Shown: piece by piece, positions 27,739 through 38,050 of the stretch | Numbering within the stretch: position 1 is the stretch's first letter | Layout of the letters: every line of letters begins with the position of its first letter | Source: a virus | Length of the DNA: 64,000 nt | IMG/VR virus record: IMGVR_UViG_3300036760_000327 | Coordinates: 32,001-96,000 of that record | Strand: one strand, 5' to 3' | Position numbers and translations under genes: made by a program | Notes under the pieces: model-generated | Databases searched by the model: none | What the model was told of the DNA's origin: nothing | Seen by the model: the letters and a program-made list of their open reading frames with translations, nothing else

Positions 27739-28209
27739 TTATGCAAGTTGTTTACGTGGACGTGGGCCGATAAGTGGCCCATGTGCCCTATATTTTCGCA
27801 TATAACAAGTCTGACATAGTCCCATTCCAGCTATTCTTTTGTCTGGATGGCATGTTGCAGTCCAATGGATTCCTCGGGGAGCACGATGTGAAGTCATCTT
27901 TTTCCATTGTTCAATAATAAATCGAATCTTTTCCCTTCTTCTTTCACCCAAAAATTGATATAATGTCATCATCCATCCAATGGCTCGTGATCCATAAATC
28001 CCGCATTTCCATGTTGGTTTATGGTTTTTTCTTTTCCAATAGTAAGGCTTTTCTGGACTTTTTACTCCCAACAAAAAGGCTGCACGGATTACAATATCAC
28101 AATCTGTCATCTGCAAGCCTATGACGGGCCACTTTTTGTCTTTTAGACCGAACCAACCTTCACCCTCTAAAAGACCAGCTAACCATGCAATGTCCATTAT
28201 ACGTTTCAT
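27739..28209 (-). CDS. Free-standing LAGLIDADG homing endonuclease
   Basis: AWLAGLLEGEG; C-terminal CHPD...GLCQTCY. No flanking intron core seen. Confidence 0.8.
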   Translation of the reverse strand: MKRIMDIAWLAGLLEGEGWFGLKDKKWPVIGLQMTDCDIVIRAAFLLGVKSPEKPYYWKRKNHKPTWKCGIYGSRAIGWMMTLYQFLGERRREKIRFIIEQWKKMTSHRAPRGIHWTATCHPDKRIAGMGLCQTCYMRKYRAHGPLIGPRPRKQLA

Positions 28210-28213
28210 AGGT

Positions 28214-28648
28214 TTATGTCAAAGTCAGTATCGTTCCCGTTGTCTCTGATCCATCGAACTTGACCGAAAATGTCTCACCGACCTGTAAGGTTAAGGACGA
28301 ACCATAATCCCACCAGCTAACAAGAGGATCAGCAGGGCTAGTCTGAGTATCGTTATAAAGAACAACATACCGAAAAGCTGCCATTGCTGCTGTATCGCAT
28401 GTCCAAACTATTTTTGTTCCTGTTGCCGTTCCAGTTCCTCCCGTTTCAGCCCATGTAAGTTGTGCATCCTCACCACCTGCCGTATATCCATTGCCAGAAG
28501 CAACCTCGGTTAAATCGGCCTTGACGGAATTCGTTGCGGACGGCGCTGGAGTATTAACTAACATACATTTAAATACGGCTGTTCCAAGTACATGCTTACC
28601 TTGACCTAATTGATCAACAAAATCAAAAAATTTCTGATATGTAGCCAT
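28214..28648 (-). CDS. Virion structural protein
   Basis: TEVASGNGYTAGG, RYVVLYNDT, WWDYGS, GETF motifs typical of a phage tail-associated family. Confidence 0.6.
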   Translation of the reverse strand: MATYQKFFDFVDQLGQGKHVLGTAVFKCMLVNTPAPSATNSVKADLTEVASGNGYTAGGEDAQLTWAETGGTGTATGTKIVWTCDTAAMAAFRYVVLYNDTQTSPADPLVSWWDYGSSLTLQVGETFSVKFDGSETTGTILTLT

Positions 28649-28695
28649 TTTTCTCTCCTCTTTTCTCTCCTTAAATAAATTTTATTTTGTTCAAA

Positions 28696-28920
28696 TTAAA
28701 ACACATCATGAAAATAATTATAATCTAAACTTGCTCTATTATTCCAATCAGTTATATAACTTTCATTAGCGCTTCCTCTATAATATCTTGCAGTGGTATC
28801 CGTCATTGCTAATATGTAATAATTTCCAGTCTCGTCCAGAAAACCATAATATTTTGTAGTTCCAGACGCGTCTAAATCAGATATTGCATATCCATCTTTA
28901 ATAAAGAATTGTTTACTCAT
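28696..28920 (-). CDS. Hypothetical phage protein
   Basis: YYGF...G.YYI...WNNRASLDY. Confidence 0.55.
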   Translation of the reverse strand: MSKQFFIKDGYAISDLDASGTTKYYGFLDETGNYYILAMTDTTARYYRGSANESYITDWNNRASLDYNYFHDVF

Positions 28921-28926
28921 ATAGTA

Positions 28927-29175
28927 TTACCTATGTCCTGCTACTAGCCAACCTATTATGGCAATTATTATACTTGCAAGAAACCCCGCCATTGCTCCCC
29001 ATACAGAAGCTTTGCCCTTAATTGTGCTAACGTCTTCAATAGATTTCATTTTAAATGTATCTAAATCACCGGATATTTTATTTAAAACCACCAGTATCTC
29101 TTGATGTGCTATATCATTTTGGGCCAGCTTCGTGTCGATACAGCCTAGCCGATACTCTAGAGATTCATTTGTCAT
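28927..29175 (-). CDS. Small membrane protein (holin/XhlA-like)
   Basis: Coiled coil followed by a C-terminal transmembrane helix. Confidence 0.55.
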   Translation of the reverse strand: MTNESLEYRLGCIDTKLAQNDIAHQEILVVLNKISGDLDTFKMKSIEDVSTIKGKASVWGAMAGFLASIIIAIIGWLVAGHR

Positions 29176-29176
29176 A

Positions 29177-32100
29177 TTATTCCTCTTCTTCTGTTTTTTG
29201 TTCCCCCGACCACATAGATCGTCCGGCTACATTTTCTGCTTTACCAAATTTAGATGGCATTAATCCTTCTTCTAATTCCTGAATTCTTTTTTGCATTGCA
29301 GGACGTAAATGTTTTGGCAATCTTTTTAATTGTGCCTGCAAATAAGTTATGGTTTTATGTGTTCTATAATATTTTGACAATTCAGAATATGTTAATACAA
29401 TATTATTTTTTTGCGCCTTCTCAAAAACTTGACGCACATCTTCCATTTTACCTTTATCTAGAGCATTAATACCTTTTAATACTAAATCTTGTTTATCTTT
29501 TCGGTAGGTATAAGCTTCATCACGCATTTGTTGATATAAATCATAGGTTGCTTTAGATCCTACATACGGAAATCCTGTAAGATCCATAATGGCATGTAAT
29601 GGACTTGTTTCCATCGTCATTAATTGTTGTTTTCCCGCTGCTTTATATCCACGTTCTAAATCAGTTGCAGTCCTTAATGCTTTTGCTCCATATCTAAATT
29701 GCGGAATAGATATAATGCCCAAAGCATTTAGTAAATCATCTGCTCCAGAAGATTTGTCTTCTGCGCTTTGACCAAATGTGGCCTGATAAGCTCCTTTCAT
29801 AATTTCCCATGGAACGGATAATATTTTTACTGGCATTAACCCAACACCAAAAATTGAACTAACATCCATGCCCAATTGGGCCATGGCTGCTGCAATAGTA
29901 AGTTGAAATCCAGCGTATAAACCAAATCTTGCTAGTACACTTTTATCTCCACTTTTAATACCCTCGGTTAATCCACGAGCCATAAATTGAATTGTATTAG
30001 CAGGATATGACCAAAATATAGTACTTATTTTTGCCACCGGTCCACGTGTTAATGGATTTCTCATGGTTTTAGAATAACCATATTGTGATGTAATTGTAGA
30101 TTTAAAAGCATTAAAATAAGCATCAGGAATTATTAAATCTGGTATATCTTCCATACTTTTTAATAATCCTAATCTAACGCCCTTTTCAAAACTCCAACCT
30201 CTTTCTCCTGCTTCGCTTAAAGCAGTCTGAAACGCTAAAAATTTATTAAAATGTTCTGTAGCCCTCATTGGACTCATTGCCATATCGCTAATCCAATCAT
30301 AAAAAGCTAATCCTTTTCCAGGTAAGGTTTCTGCTCTGCCCAATCTTGCTTTTAATGCCTTGCCACCAGGCCCTACTTCTTCATAATATTCTTCTGCCCC
30401 TAATAACATATCGTACCATTTTTTAACTTCTGGATCCCCTTTTCCTTTAATATATTCAAGATAAGAATTTAATCCTTTGGCAAATTTTCCTGGTCCTTCA
30501 TTAACTAGTGTTTGAACTGATTGTAAAATATTACGAATTGCCGTATCTGGCCCAATAGCTCCTCTGGCCACTTGTCCTGCCAATCGACCAGCTATTATAT
30601 TTGGAAAATTAGGATTTAATACCTCTTGTCCTATAACATTATTTAATCTTTCCACCTCTTGTGATAGCCACCTTGCTCCCATAGTTCTAGTTCCTAAAGC
30701 CTGTTTTACTTGTTTTTCCATATACCATCTAACAGATCTAATAATATCACTTCTAGGATATTTATTAATTATGGGCATGACCTCTTGTTTAAATATCCTA
30801 TCACATTCTTTATTAATCATTGTATAAAGATATTGAGACAATACTTCTTGCGAATCATGTTTATATGACAGTAAATTTCCACCTGTTCTCTCTTGTAAAT
30901 GGGGGTTAAATGTCTTTTCTCTAGTTCTAGCCATTACATCAGAAGGCAAAAATGCCCATTGATCATAAATTCCTTCAAAATCAAGAACATTATATCTAAT
31001 TCTGTTCTTCTCAATAGGAGATAATTCTTTCCATGTTTTGTTAGCAGCAAAAATGGTTTTTAATTCTAAAAATTCTTCATTTGATAAGGCTGATTGTCCT
31101 GCTATAATATATCTACTAGGCAAACCACGCGGATTATTAATTTTATCATATGGTGCATTATTATCAAAATTTGCAAACATTCCTTTAACTTTAAGATAAG
31201 TATTCTCATTATCTACAATTAATGGAAAATACTCATCTATAAAAAATTTACGTTCTCGTAAATTATTCGCATCCCCAAACTTATCCAAAAAAGAACGAAT
31301 ATTGTTTTTTACCTCTAATACTAATAGATTATTTGGAATAGTCTTACGAATAAATGAATCAGATACTTGTTCTCTTAATTCTTGAGCATTAGACTGCTCA
31401 TTAATTTTCTTATATATGGTATTTAATACACTATTAGCATCATAAACTAATTTCTTTTTTAAATCTCGTTTACGCACTTCATTTAAAGTTGCTTTTTCAG
31501 CCACCGCACGAATATCTGGATTTGCATTTGCCATACTCTGTCCAAGCATATCTGTAGCTTTTACCATTGGAACATCACCCTTTGAAATACCCTCAGGAGC
31601 TCCCATAGTTGTTACTGGTACTTTTGTAATATCCTTAGCCATGCTTTCAGTATGCATTGCAGCTATCTCGGCATCAGATAGTTTTAACTTTTCTCCGTCC
31701 ATCGTATCTTTTAGAACAGATGGCATTTCTTCCCGAGATATCCGTTTATTTGTACCCTTTCGGTCAGCAAATCCTTGATAAATACTTATTGTTTTTTGTT
31801 TAAGTCGAGATGCCATTTCTTTGGCCAAATCAATATCTATACCAGTACGAAGTTTAAGTCCAGTAGGTCCTGGTAATCCAAACCCTTGTTTTTCATAATA
31901 ACTTTGAATACTATTTTTAAATTCTTCTTTAAAGAAATCTTGTTGTGGTATATCCAGAGTATTGGGAAAATCTATTTTTGTGGGTTTTCCATCAACCGTT
32001 TCAACCCTAGCTCTTCCAGCTATATTTAATCCCGTATCTCCAGGAATAGGGGATTGTCCCTCTTTGGTTAAAAGTTGAAATTCATCAATATTATTAGATA

Positions 32101-35014
32101 CTTTCTTTAATACAACAATGGCCCCATTATTATCCTTTACCAATGAAGAAAGTGATACAGAATCCCCCACTTTTAATGGAACATCGGCTTTCCTTTTTAA
32201 CTCATTTTGCCTTTTCTCTATTGCTTTTAAAGTATCAACTCTATTATTAATAATTAAATCCAGATCAGCTTTATCAATTAAATCAGCATCATAATCGGCC
32301 TGGGCCTTCATTTCTTTCCGTTTTAGTTCTGTGTATTTTCTTTTTAATCGAGTCAATTCAGAATCTATAACAGGATTTTTAGATATAATTTCATTATATG
32401 TTTTGGTCGCCTCAACTTTTTCCTTTTCTATTACTTTACCGATTTTCGTAGCTTTTTCTACATTCTGATCTGCATACTGTAAATATGTATTAATAGCATT
32501 ACGTTTATCAATATCTGGTAAAGCGGCAACGGTTTTATATGGTACGCCCATAAACTCGGCAGCAGCTCGTAATTGGCCTTCATCAATACCCGTAATAGTA
32601 GGTTTAATCTTATCTCGAACTTCAGCAGCTTCTGGTGTTGTGGTGCCCAATATAGTTGCTAAAGCTTTATCCCCTAGTTTAATTTTTATTAATTTACCAG
32701 TTGGTGTAATAGCAGCTTGTTCTGGAGTAATTTTATTTGTAACAATATCATGTAAATCCACATCTGATAACGTAGCTAGATCCATTCGCCGGTTGGGCCA
32801 CAGAACAGCAGCCTGATTAATATACGCATCCCTATCTGGCGCTTCCTCCAGAGCTTGAATTCGCTCCAATTCAGCTTTTACCCCAGCTATTTTTTCGGCC
32901 TCGGATTTTGGCGTCCTCTTCTCTTTTCCAAGAATCTTTTCCTCGGCCTTAGTAAGTTTGGTTAATTTATTATTTGTCTCTTGAATAGCATCTTGAATTT
33001 TCTTTAAAATAGCTTTATTTTCTGGAGTATCAACATATTTCTTAGCAATGGTCTCTTTATTTGTTAATTTAAGTAATTGGCCTTTTGTTTTATCTATTTC
33101 CTTTGTAATGGTTTTCCAAGCCTCTACATCTTTTCTTGCTTCAAACTTTTGAGTTTCTTTGGTTAATTGTGCTTCAGCTTTAGCTTCCTCGGTTGCCACA
33201 AACTCTGGTGTTTGTTTCTGTATATGCTTGGCTAAATTTTGGCCCTTTGGAAGTTGCGGAATTGATTCAAAAAATTTAGACGCATCTGTAGGAACCGTGA
33301 TACCCTTTTCTGCAAGTAACAGGGCTGATTTTTTAGCATCAGCATTAGTAATACCAAATTTCCATTTTAATTGATTAACTAATTCTTGATTAATAGGTTT
33401 TTTAACACCACTAATTAACTTATTTTCGATAACTTCAGGCGTTAATGATTCTTTTCCCGTAACCCCAAGATATGCTTCCACTTGCTCTCGCAACATTTGC
33501 TTTTTAAATGCTTGAGTTACATCTTTAACATCAATAGTTTTATATTGTTGCCATATCTTCCTGGCTTCTTGTTGGGATAAATTTTTACCAGTTGCAATAG
33601 CCTCTTCGGTAGTTGTGGGCATTTTTCCTTTCGGCAGCTCAACTTTAGGCGCAAATATATCTGGAGCAATCTTTATAATGGTCTCGATCATTTGATCTCG
33701 ATCCATGCCCTCCGTTTTAATGCCAGCAGCCGTAGCTTTAGCTTTAATCTCCGAGGTAGGCATGCCCTGATATGGTTCCATTAATTTTGCAACATCAACT
33801 CTTCCTAAATTAGTTTTAAGCGCGTCTACCATTGCTGCACTTTTAACTGGATCAACCGCAATATCTTCCACCGTCACTTGAGGTATAAATTTTTTGCCCT
33901 GGGATAATTCTATTGGTGGAGGCGCCATGTCTCTTGTGGGTTTACCTGTTAACGTTAATTGACCGGTAATACTATTCACTTTTACTGTAGTAGGATCATG
34001 CAAACTATTAACAATAGCTAATTTAGTCTCATAAGGCATTGCATATATTTGTTTATCCTCAAAACCTCTGGCAGATAGTATTTTGTCATAAATTAAACCT
34101 TGCGGATCAGTTATTGCTGCCTTGGCCGCGGCAGTTTGAGCTTCTTGTTCTTTATTTATTAAGCCAGACAAATCTCCATAAGTAACCGGTGAAACTGGAG
34201 TAGTTTCTGTAACTGGTTCTTGAGCTACAAATTTTTCTTTATTTTTAACTATTTCTCTAGCTCGTTTAACCGAAGTTTTATTAACAACCTCATTAGGATA
34301 TCCAAGTTTATTTAATTGTTTTTGTAATCCAGACGGCAGTTTAGGCCCAAGAGCGCCTAAGCCAAACATTGTAAGACCAGTAAGTGCCAAGTCTTCTGGC
34401 TTAGTTTCACCCCCAGCGGCAGCTATTGCTGTTGCTCCACCACCAACAACTCCAGCCCTAGGCCATCTGGCCAATTTACTTCCAACTGGCCCTAACAAAG
34501 TACCATAAGCCGCACCTCCTAATAGCGCCTTAGCTATATCTTTGGGTGGGGCATTTTGTCCCCAGGCTGTTGCTGCCTCTACACCAGCCATCGCTGGAAT
34601 TGCGGTTGCTGTCCCCAATCCCAAAGGACCTAGTGCGGCTATTGCCGAACCGTATTTTGGTAGCGCTACAGCTAAACCCCCAAAAACCCTTCCTATTTTT
34701 CTGGTAAGAGTTGGCTGGTCGTCCAAATCTTTAGGTTCAATTGTATCAGCTAGTTGTTTAAATATTTGTAAACGATCTACTTTGGCGCCCTCTGATGTGG
34801 CGGCATTACCAATAGCATCGGTAACTTTCTGTAGCACCTTTGGCAAATCTGCAACTCCAGATCTAAATGCCTCTATCGCGCCACCTGCTAAATCTAAGAA
34901 AAATCCTTGCGATTGCGCTGGTTGATTATAGGCTTCAAGTGGTAGCGAGGGTGCGCCTTCGGGAATCTGTAATCTGTTTCTTAATGTTTTTGCTAGATCT
35001 AATGGTTCTGCCAT
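29177..35014 (-). CDS. Large (1945 aa) internal virion / DNA-ejection protein
   Basis: Size, Gly/Ala hydrophobic N-terminal segment and position after the tail and smaller ejection-like genes. No catalytic motif recognised. Confidence 0.6.
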   Translation of the reverse strand: MAEPLDLAKTLRNRLQIPEGAPSLPLEAYNQPAQSQGFFLDLAGGAIEAFRSGVADLPKVLQKVTDAIGNAATSEGAKVDRLQIFKQLADTIEPKDLDDQPTLTRKIGRVFGGLAVALPKYGSAIAALGPLGLGTATAIPAMAGVEAATAWGQNAPPKDIAKALLGGAAYGTLLGPVGSKLARWPRAGVVGGGATAIAAAGGETKPEDLALTGLTMFGLGALGPKLPSGLQKQLNKLGYPNEVVNKTSVKRAREIVKNKEKFVAQEPVTETTPVSPVTYGDLSGLINKEQEAQTAAAKAAITDPQGLIYDKILSARGFEDKQIYAMPYETKLAIVNSLHDPTTVKVNSITGQLTLTGKPTRDMAPPPIELSQGKKFIPQVTVEDIAVDPVKSAAMVDALKTNLGRVDVAKLMEPYQGMPTSEIKAKATAAGIKTEGMDRDQMIETIIKIAPDIFAPKVELPKGKMPTTTEEAIATGKNLSQQEARKIWQQYKTIDVKDVTQAFKKQMLREQVEAYLGVTGKESLTPEVIENKLISGVKKPINQELVNQLKWKFGITNADAKKSALLLAEKGITVPTDASKFFESIPQLPKGQNLAKHIQKQTPEFVATEEAKAEAQLTKETQKFEARKDVEAWKTITKEIDKTKGQLLKLTNKETIAKKYVDTPENKAILKKIQDAIQETNNKLTKLTKAEEKILGKEKRTPKSEAEKIAGVKAELERIQALEEAPDRDAYINQAAVLWPNRRMDLATLSDVDLHDIVTNKITPEQAAITPTGKLIKIKLGDKALATILGTTTPEAAEVRDKIKPTITGIDEGQLRAAAEFMGVPYKTVAALPDIDKRNAINTYLQYADQNVEKATKIGKVIEKEKVEATKTYNEIISKNPVIDSELTRLKRKYTELKRKEMKAQADYDADLIDKADLDLIINNRVDTLKAIEKRQNELKRKADVPLKVGDSVSLSSLVKDNNGAIVVLKKVSNNIDEFQLLTKEGQSPIPGDTGLNIAGRARVETVDGKPTKIDFPNTLDIPQQDFFKEEFKNSIQSYYEKQGFGLPGPTGLKLRTGIDIDLAKEMASRLKQKTISIYQGFADRKGTNKRISREEMPSVLKDTMDGEKLKLSDAEIAAMHTESMAKDITKVPVTTMGAPEGISKGDVPMVKATDMLGQSMANANPDIRAVAEKATLNEVRKRDLKKKLVYDANSVLNTIYKKINEQSNAQELREQVSDSFIRKTIPNNLLVLEVKNNIRSFLDKFGDANNLRERKFFIDEYFPLIVDNENTYLKVKGMFANFDNNAPYDKINNPRGLPSRYIIAGQSALSNEEFLELKTIFAANKTWKELSPIEKNRIRYNVLDFEGIYDQWAFLPSDVMARTREKTFNPHLQERTGGNLLSYKHDSQEVLSQYLYTMINKECDRIFKQEVMPIINKYPRSDIIRSVRWYMEKQVKQALGTRTMGARWLSQEVERLNNVIGQEVLNPNFPNIIAGRLAGQVARGAIGPDTAIRNILQSVQTLVNEGPGKFAKGLNSYLEYIKGKGDPEVKKWYDMLLGAEEYYEEVGPGGKALKARLGRAETLPGKGLAFYDWISDMAMSPMRATEHFNKFLAFQTALSEAGERGWSFEKGVRLGLLKSMEDIPDLIIPDAYFNAFKSTITSQYGYSKTMRNPLTRGPVAKISTIFWSYPANTIQFMARGLTEGIKSGDKSVLARFGLYAGFQLTIAAAMAQLGMDVSSIFGVGLMPVKILSVPWEIMKGAYQATFGQSAEDKSSGADDLLNALGIISIPQFRYGAKALRTATDLERGYKAAGKQQLMTMETSPLHAIMDLTGFPYVGSKATYDLYQQMRDEAYTYRKDKQDLVLKGINALDKGKMEDVRQVFEKAQKNNIVLTYSELSKYYRTHKTITYLQAQLKRLPKHLRPAMQKRIQELEEGLMPSKFGKAENVAGRSMWSGEQKTEEEE

Positions 35015-35023
35015 AAATTTTCC

Positions 35024-36910
35024 TTATTTGGATAATGGAACCTTGTGCTCAATCAATATTTCTTGTACGGCCTGCCACAATAAAGCATCCTCGCCTCTAT
35101 CAGCAGCCGTGGCTATTCTTTGCATTTCTGTATCAGTTAATAATGGTTTTTTAGCATTTATTAACGTCTGATTAACTGCATCAAATATATCCTTATATTT
35201 ATTGATCATAATTGTTCGTATACTCTTCTGGATTTCAGGGTTTATATCTACCCACATCTTTAATTTATCGCCATCTTTTGCAGTATTAGGAGGGGCCATT
35301 TTGGCAGCCATTCCGTATGGCCATGGAAGTTGTATACCCGCTACACCACCCTTATATAAAAAATCCATGGGGGTAATTCCTTTATGTTTAGTTGTAAATG
35401 CTTTTTCTGCCGCTGGATTTCCTAGAGCTGCGCGAGCCTCCTGTTTTATTTGTTCGTCAACTTTAATTTCTCTCGGTGTTCTTTGTGGCGGCATCTTAGC
35501 CTTTTCTCCCTGTAAGGCTTGCAAATAAGTTTGACTTTTCATGTACTGAGCATCTTCTTTATTAGAAAACATTTTATCATAAATAGTTAGTTTCGGATCA
35601 TTTTTTATTAAATTCAATGCTTTTTCCTGTACTAGATCTCTTTGTGTAAATTCTTGATAAGTTCTAATTTGCGCCCCTATTTTTTCAGCCTTTTTTGTAT
35701 CATTATTCGTAATAGCATTCTGATATTGTTGACCCAAAAAATCAAATATTTCTTTACTGCCACCAGCAGCAATATAAGCAGCACGATCGGGCGGTACGCC
35801 CACATCTATAAGATTTTGCTTGGTCCAATTCATCAAAGCTTTTTGCTGTTGTATGAGTCTTTCCTCTGGCGGAACACTTAATTTTAATTCACCTGTAGTT
35901 GGATCATAAGATTCTCTGATTATTTTAGCAGCCTCAGATGGAGGTACTCCTAGGTTAGAAGCTGCTGCTTGCACAAAAGATAAATTATCCATTAATTCTG
36001 GTTTACTTTTGACCAGAAATTCTAACCATTTAGCATGGCGCTCTCTTTCAATATCTTCCCTTCTTACTTGTTCTTGCAAAGCTATAAGCTTTAAATTGGC
36101 TGTTTTAGATGCTCTATCAATAATATAATTTCTGGCTTCTTTAGTTTTGGCTTCCGCCTCTTGTTCTTCTGCCTTTATTACGGCGTAAGGATCTTTGCCA
36201 CTTCTTTGTAAAGCCATTAAACGACCAAATTCACCCAACCATTCTATTATATTAGTGGGTTTTTTATATTGTGCTTTAGGTAAATCTTCCTCTTTAGGAA
36301 TTGCCTCATCTAAAATCTGTTTAAAATTTTCCGTAAAATCTGTTTTTGGTTTCCAGGGAGTTATTCCAGCAGCAATTTGTTCTGTAGAAGGAATAGGTGC
36401 TGGCGCCCCAGCAGAAGGAGTTGTAGCAGAAACGGTTGATGGAGGAGCATTAGTATAGTTTTCAGCAGGAGCAGCCTCGTACGATGGATATGCTGGTTCA
36501 TTCCCAAGAACTTGTCCTAGTCCTGGGGCAGTATATTGTGGCATTCCAATCTGTTTGCCAGGCGCTGGAGTTTGAGGAATAGCTCGTTTGATAGGCGTTT
36601 CTGGTCGGATAATTGCTCCTGGCGGAGAAACCGCGGACGGAGGAGAAGGAGTTGCTGATTCTGTACCAAAACCAAACGAAATTGGCCATCCTTGAAATAA
36701 TCCTGGTTGAGGTTTTTTAACAACCTCGATTTTAGGAAAAAAATTATTTTCTATCCAGTCTCTAACGGTTTTATCAATAGATTTTAAATTTTGAAAAAAT
36801 CCAGTTTGTTGCACATTAGTTTCTGGTGGAGGTTGTTCCTCCTGTTGTTCAGGAGAAATATTTAACAATTGTTGATATATTTGTAATATATCTGGATTTA
36901 TATCTGCCAT
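35024..36910 (-). CDS. Putative ejection protein with Pro-rich N-terminus
   Basis: The AAGGAG RBS supports the start MADINPDIL at 36910. Podovirus-type gene order. Confidence 0.55.
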   Translation of the reverse strand: MADINPDILQIYQQLLNISPEQQEEQPPPETNVQQTGFFQNLKSIDKTVRDWIENNFFPKIEVVKKPQPGLFQGWPISFGFGTESATPSPPSAVSPPGAIIRPETPIKRAIPQTPAPGKQIGMPQYTAPGLGQVLGNEPAYPSYEAAPAENYTNAPPSTVSATTPSAGAPAPIPSTEQIAAGITPWKPKTDFTENFKQILDEAIPKEEDLPKAQYKKPTNIIEWLGEFGRLMALQRSGKDPYAVIKAEEQEAEAKTKEARNYIIDRASKTANLKLIALQEQVRREDIERERHAKWLEFLVKSKPELMDNLSFVQAAASNLGVPPSEAAKIIRESYDPTTGELKLSVPPEERLIQQQKALMNWTKQNLIDVGVPPDRAAYIAAGGSKEIFDFLGQQYQNAITNNDTKKAEKIGAQIRTYQEFTQRDLVQEKALNLIKNDPKLTIYDKMFSNKEDAQYMKSQTYLQALQGEKAKMPPQRTPREIKVDEQIKQEARAALGNPAAEKAFTTKHKGITPMDFLYKGGVAGIQLPWPYGMAAKMAPPNTAKDGDKLKMWVDINPEIQKSIRTIMINKYKDIFDAVNQTLINAKKPLLTDTEMQRIATAADRGEDALLWQAVQEILIEHKVPLSK

Positions 36911-36920
36911 AACTACTCCT

Positions 36921-37772
36921 TTATGCTTTTTGACCAGCCAGCGCACCTAGAACCGGCGCTAATTTACTCCAAATATCTTGATCAGTATAGTCTTGGCCAG
37001 AAATCATCTGTGGTTGGCCACCTTTTTCTAAAGTAGCAAGTAAATTATATAAATTTGCTATACTTGTTGTTGCTCCTTGTTGATAAGTTTGCGGATAATT
37101 TGCTAGACCTAGCAAGCTGGATAATTGAGTTGGTTGAGCCAGCGTGGCTGTCTGTTCTGCTTGCGCTCGTTGTGTCAATAAATTCGTTAGTAATTGTCGA
37201 GTTTGGTAATCAGTTGAAGCAACCTGTTTTATCATATCCTGAATATTTGTACCCATAGAATATGCACGAGGAGCCACTCGTCCTAACACCTGCGCCAAAT
37301 TAGCTTCCAGAGCGGTTTGTGTTGACGGTATGTTTGCTTCGGCTCTATTCCATATTTCTGCTGGAAATGCGTTCATATAATCAGATAAATTCATTTGTCC
37401 AAATAAATTTTGCGCCTGCGGAGATATCGTAGTTGGTAATGACATTGCCTGCCCGAACATTCCTGGCAAAAATGTTTGGCCGTATTGTCCTAGCGGCTGC
37501 GTGGTAGTTTGACTTAATTTTCTTGTATCGGGACTAGAAAGTAGTGAAGCGACACCGCCCCCAAGACCCAATAAACCCTTACCAGTACTTGAGCCAAGAA
37601 AGTTAAGTAAACTAGATCCGGCCGAACCTAATGTATTTAGAAGACCACTACTGGTATTCGCATAGTTTTCAGCAGGAGCAGCCTCGTAAGATGGAAAATT
37701 GTAATAATCGGACCAATTTGTAGAATAATCCGTATCTGCTGGATTGTAAAAATCATAATATTCATCAGCCAT
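36921..37772 (-). CDS. Putative ejection/pilot protein
   Basis: Gly/Ser/Leu- and Gln-rich composition typical of small internal core proteins. Confidence 0.55.
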   Translation of the reverse strand: MADEYYDFYNPADTDYSTNWSDYYNFPSYEAAPAENYANTSSGLLNTLGSAGSSLLNFLGSSTGKGLLGLGGGVASLLSSPDTRKLSQTTTQPLGQYGQTFLPGMFGQAMSLPTTISPQAQNLFGQMNLSDYMNAFPAEIWNRAEANIPSTQTALEANLAQVLGRVAPRAYSMGTNIQDMIKQVASTDYQTRQLLTNLLTQRAQAEQTATLAQPTQLSSLLGLANYPQTYQQGATTSIANLYNLLATLEKGGQPQMISGQDYTDQDIWSKLAPVLGALAGQKA

Positions 37773-37795
37773 TTTAATATATCTCCTTATTTTAT

Positions 37796-38038
37796 TTAAA
37801 ACTTATCACTTATATTGTTTTTATTATCTATTAAATCTTTTTCCACCTGAAATAATTCCCATGTTCTTTCATCCAATTTCCACTCTTCGGGATTGCACTT
37901 CAGACGTTTAAATTCTTCCTTAAGGACTCTATCTCTTTCTGCCATTATCTGATTCGCTTGCATTTGAAGAATTTGGAGAGATAAATTAGCATTTTGAAGT
38001 TTTAGTTTTGTTAATTCATTTATTGGTTTTCGCTTCAT
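37796..38038 (-). CDS. Small coiled-coil protein (possible tail-fibre chaperone)
   Basis: Follows the tail fibre gene; heptad pattern. Confidence 0.45.
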   Translation of the reverse strand: MKRKPINELTKLKLQNANLSLQILQMQANQIMAERDRVLKEEFKRLKCNPEEWKLDERTWELFQVEKDLIDNKNNISDKF

Positions 38039-38050
38039 AAGGACTCCTGA

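Noticed and set aside
27739-28209. LAGLIDADG ORF as part of another intron
   Set aside because: The flanking genes are complete and only a few nucleotides away, leaving no room for a ribozyme core.
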